A DNA stretch of 64,000 bases from Lytechinus pictus (lineage: Eukaryota): positions 24,182,001-24,246,000 of the forward strand of contig NC_087250.1 in the NCBI RefSeq assembly GCF_037042905.1. The letters are read 5' to 3'. The notes beneath the pieces are model-generated. The model made no database searches. It worked only from the letters and a program-made list of their open reading frames with translations, and was not told the origin of the DNA. Numbering within the stretch: the stretch's first letter is position 1; each line of letters starts with the position of its first letter. Below, in pieces: positions 63,628 to 64,000 of this stretch. The position numbers and the translations under genes are program-made.

Positions 63628-64000
63628 AGGACAAGTCCACCCCAATAAAAATTTGATTTGAATAAAGAGAGAAAAACTAACAAGCATATTCAATGAAAAT
63701 TTCATCAAAATCGGATGTAAAAACTAAAATGAGAAAGTTATAACTTATGACATCTTAAGGTTTTGCTTACATAATATCGTAAAATAGTTATTAATTTTAT
63801 GCACATCCACGTTGGCATGCAAATAAGGGGACTGATGACATCATCAACTCAGTATTTGTATTTCATTACATATTCTGATTTTCGCCTCATTGTCCGTTTA
63901 AACAAAGTATATTCCTTCCTGAATGTAGAATTAAAATTGTTTTAACATACATGTATATTGGTTCAGTCAAGTTGATCCTTATTGTCAAATCTGTATTAAA
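63628..64000. mobile_element. Kolobok-like element, family B, truncated by the window end
   Basis: AGGACAAGTCCACCCC start; GAAAATTTCATCAAAATCGGATGTAAAA shared with the 40417 copy. Confidence 0.65.

Overview
This is AT-rich, intron- and repeat-rich animal genomic DNA. The repeat repertoire suggests an echinoderm such as a sea urchin (inference only). A 200-N assembly gap lies at 16001-16200. The main feature is a complete minus-strand LNX1/LNX2-type E3 ligase gene (Zn-RING-Zn plus four PDZ domains). I assembled it by hand from 12 coding exons (53961 to 22972) with canonical GT-AG sites and consistent phases: 1713 nt, 570 aa, including a 31-nt microexon. A CpG-rich putative promoter lies near 58 kb. 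Just right of the gap is the 3' end of a plus-strand NHL-repeat (TRIM-NHL-like) gene, convergent with LNX. The rest is mostly transposon-derived: L2/CR1 LINE remnants, a solo LTR with TSD, two copies of a Helentron-associated (HINE/DINE-like) element, many TIR MITEs (some nested), tRNA-derived SINEs and simple repeats. I found no convincing new multi-gene system. The most unusual signals are (1) strong enrichment of TA-NN-N'N'-TA palindromes (TACATGTA, TAGGCCTA, TACCGGTA) across the LNX locus, resembling transposon excision footprints; (2) a tandem array built from an LNX 3' splice site; (3) a LINE whose RT C-terminal part is replaced by a HINE and whose endonuclease N-terminus is duplicated in frame; (4) a hammerhead-like motif in an LNX intron; and (5) a TIR element carrying a SAP-like ORF.
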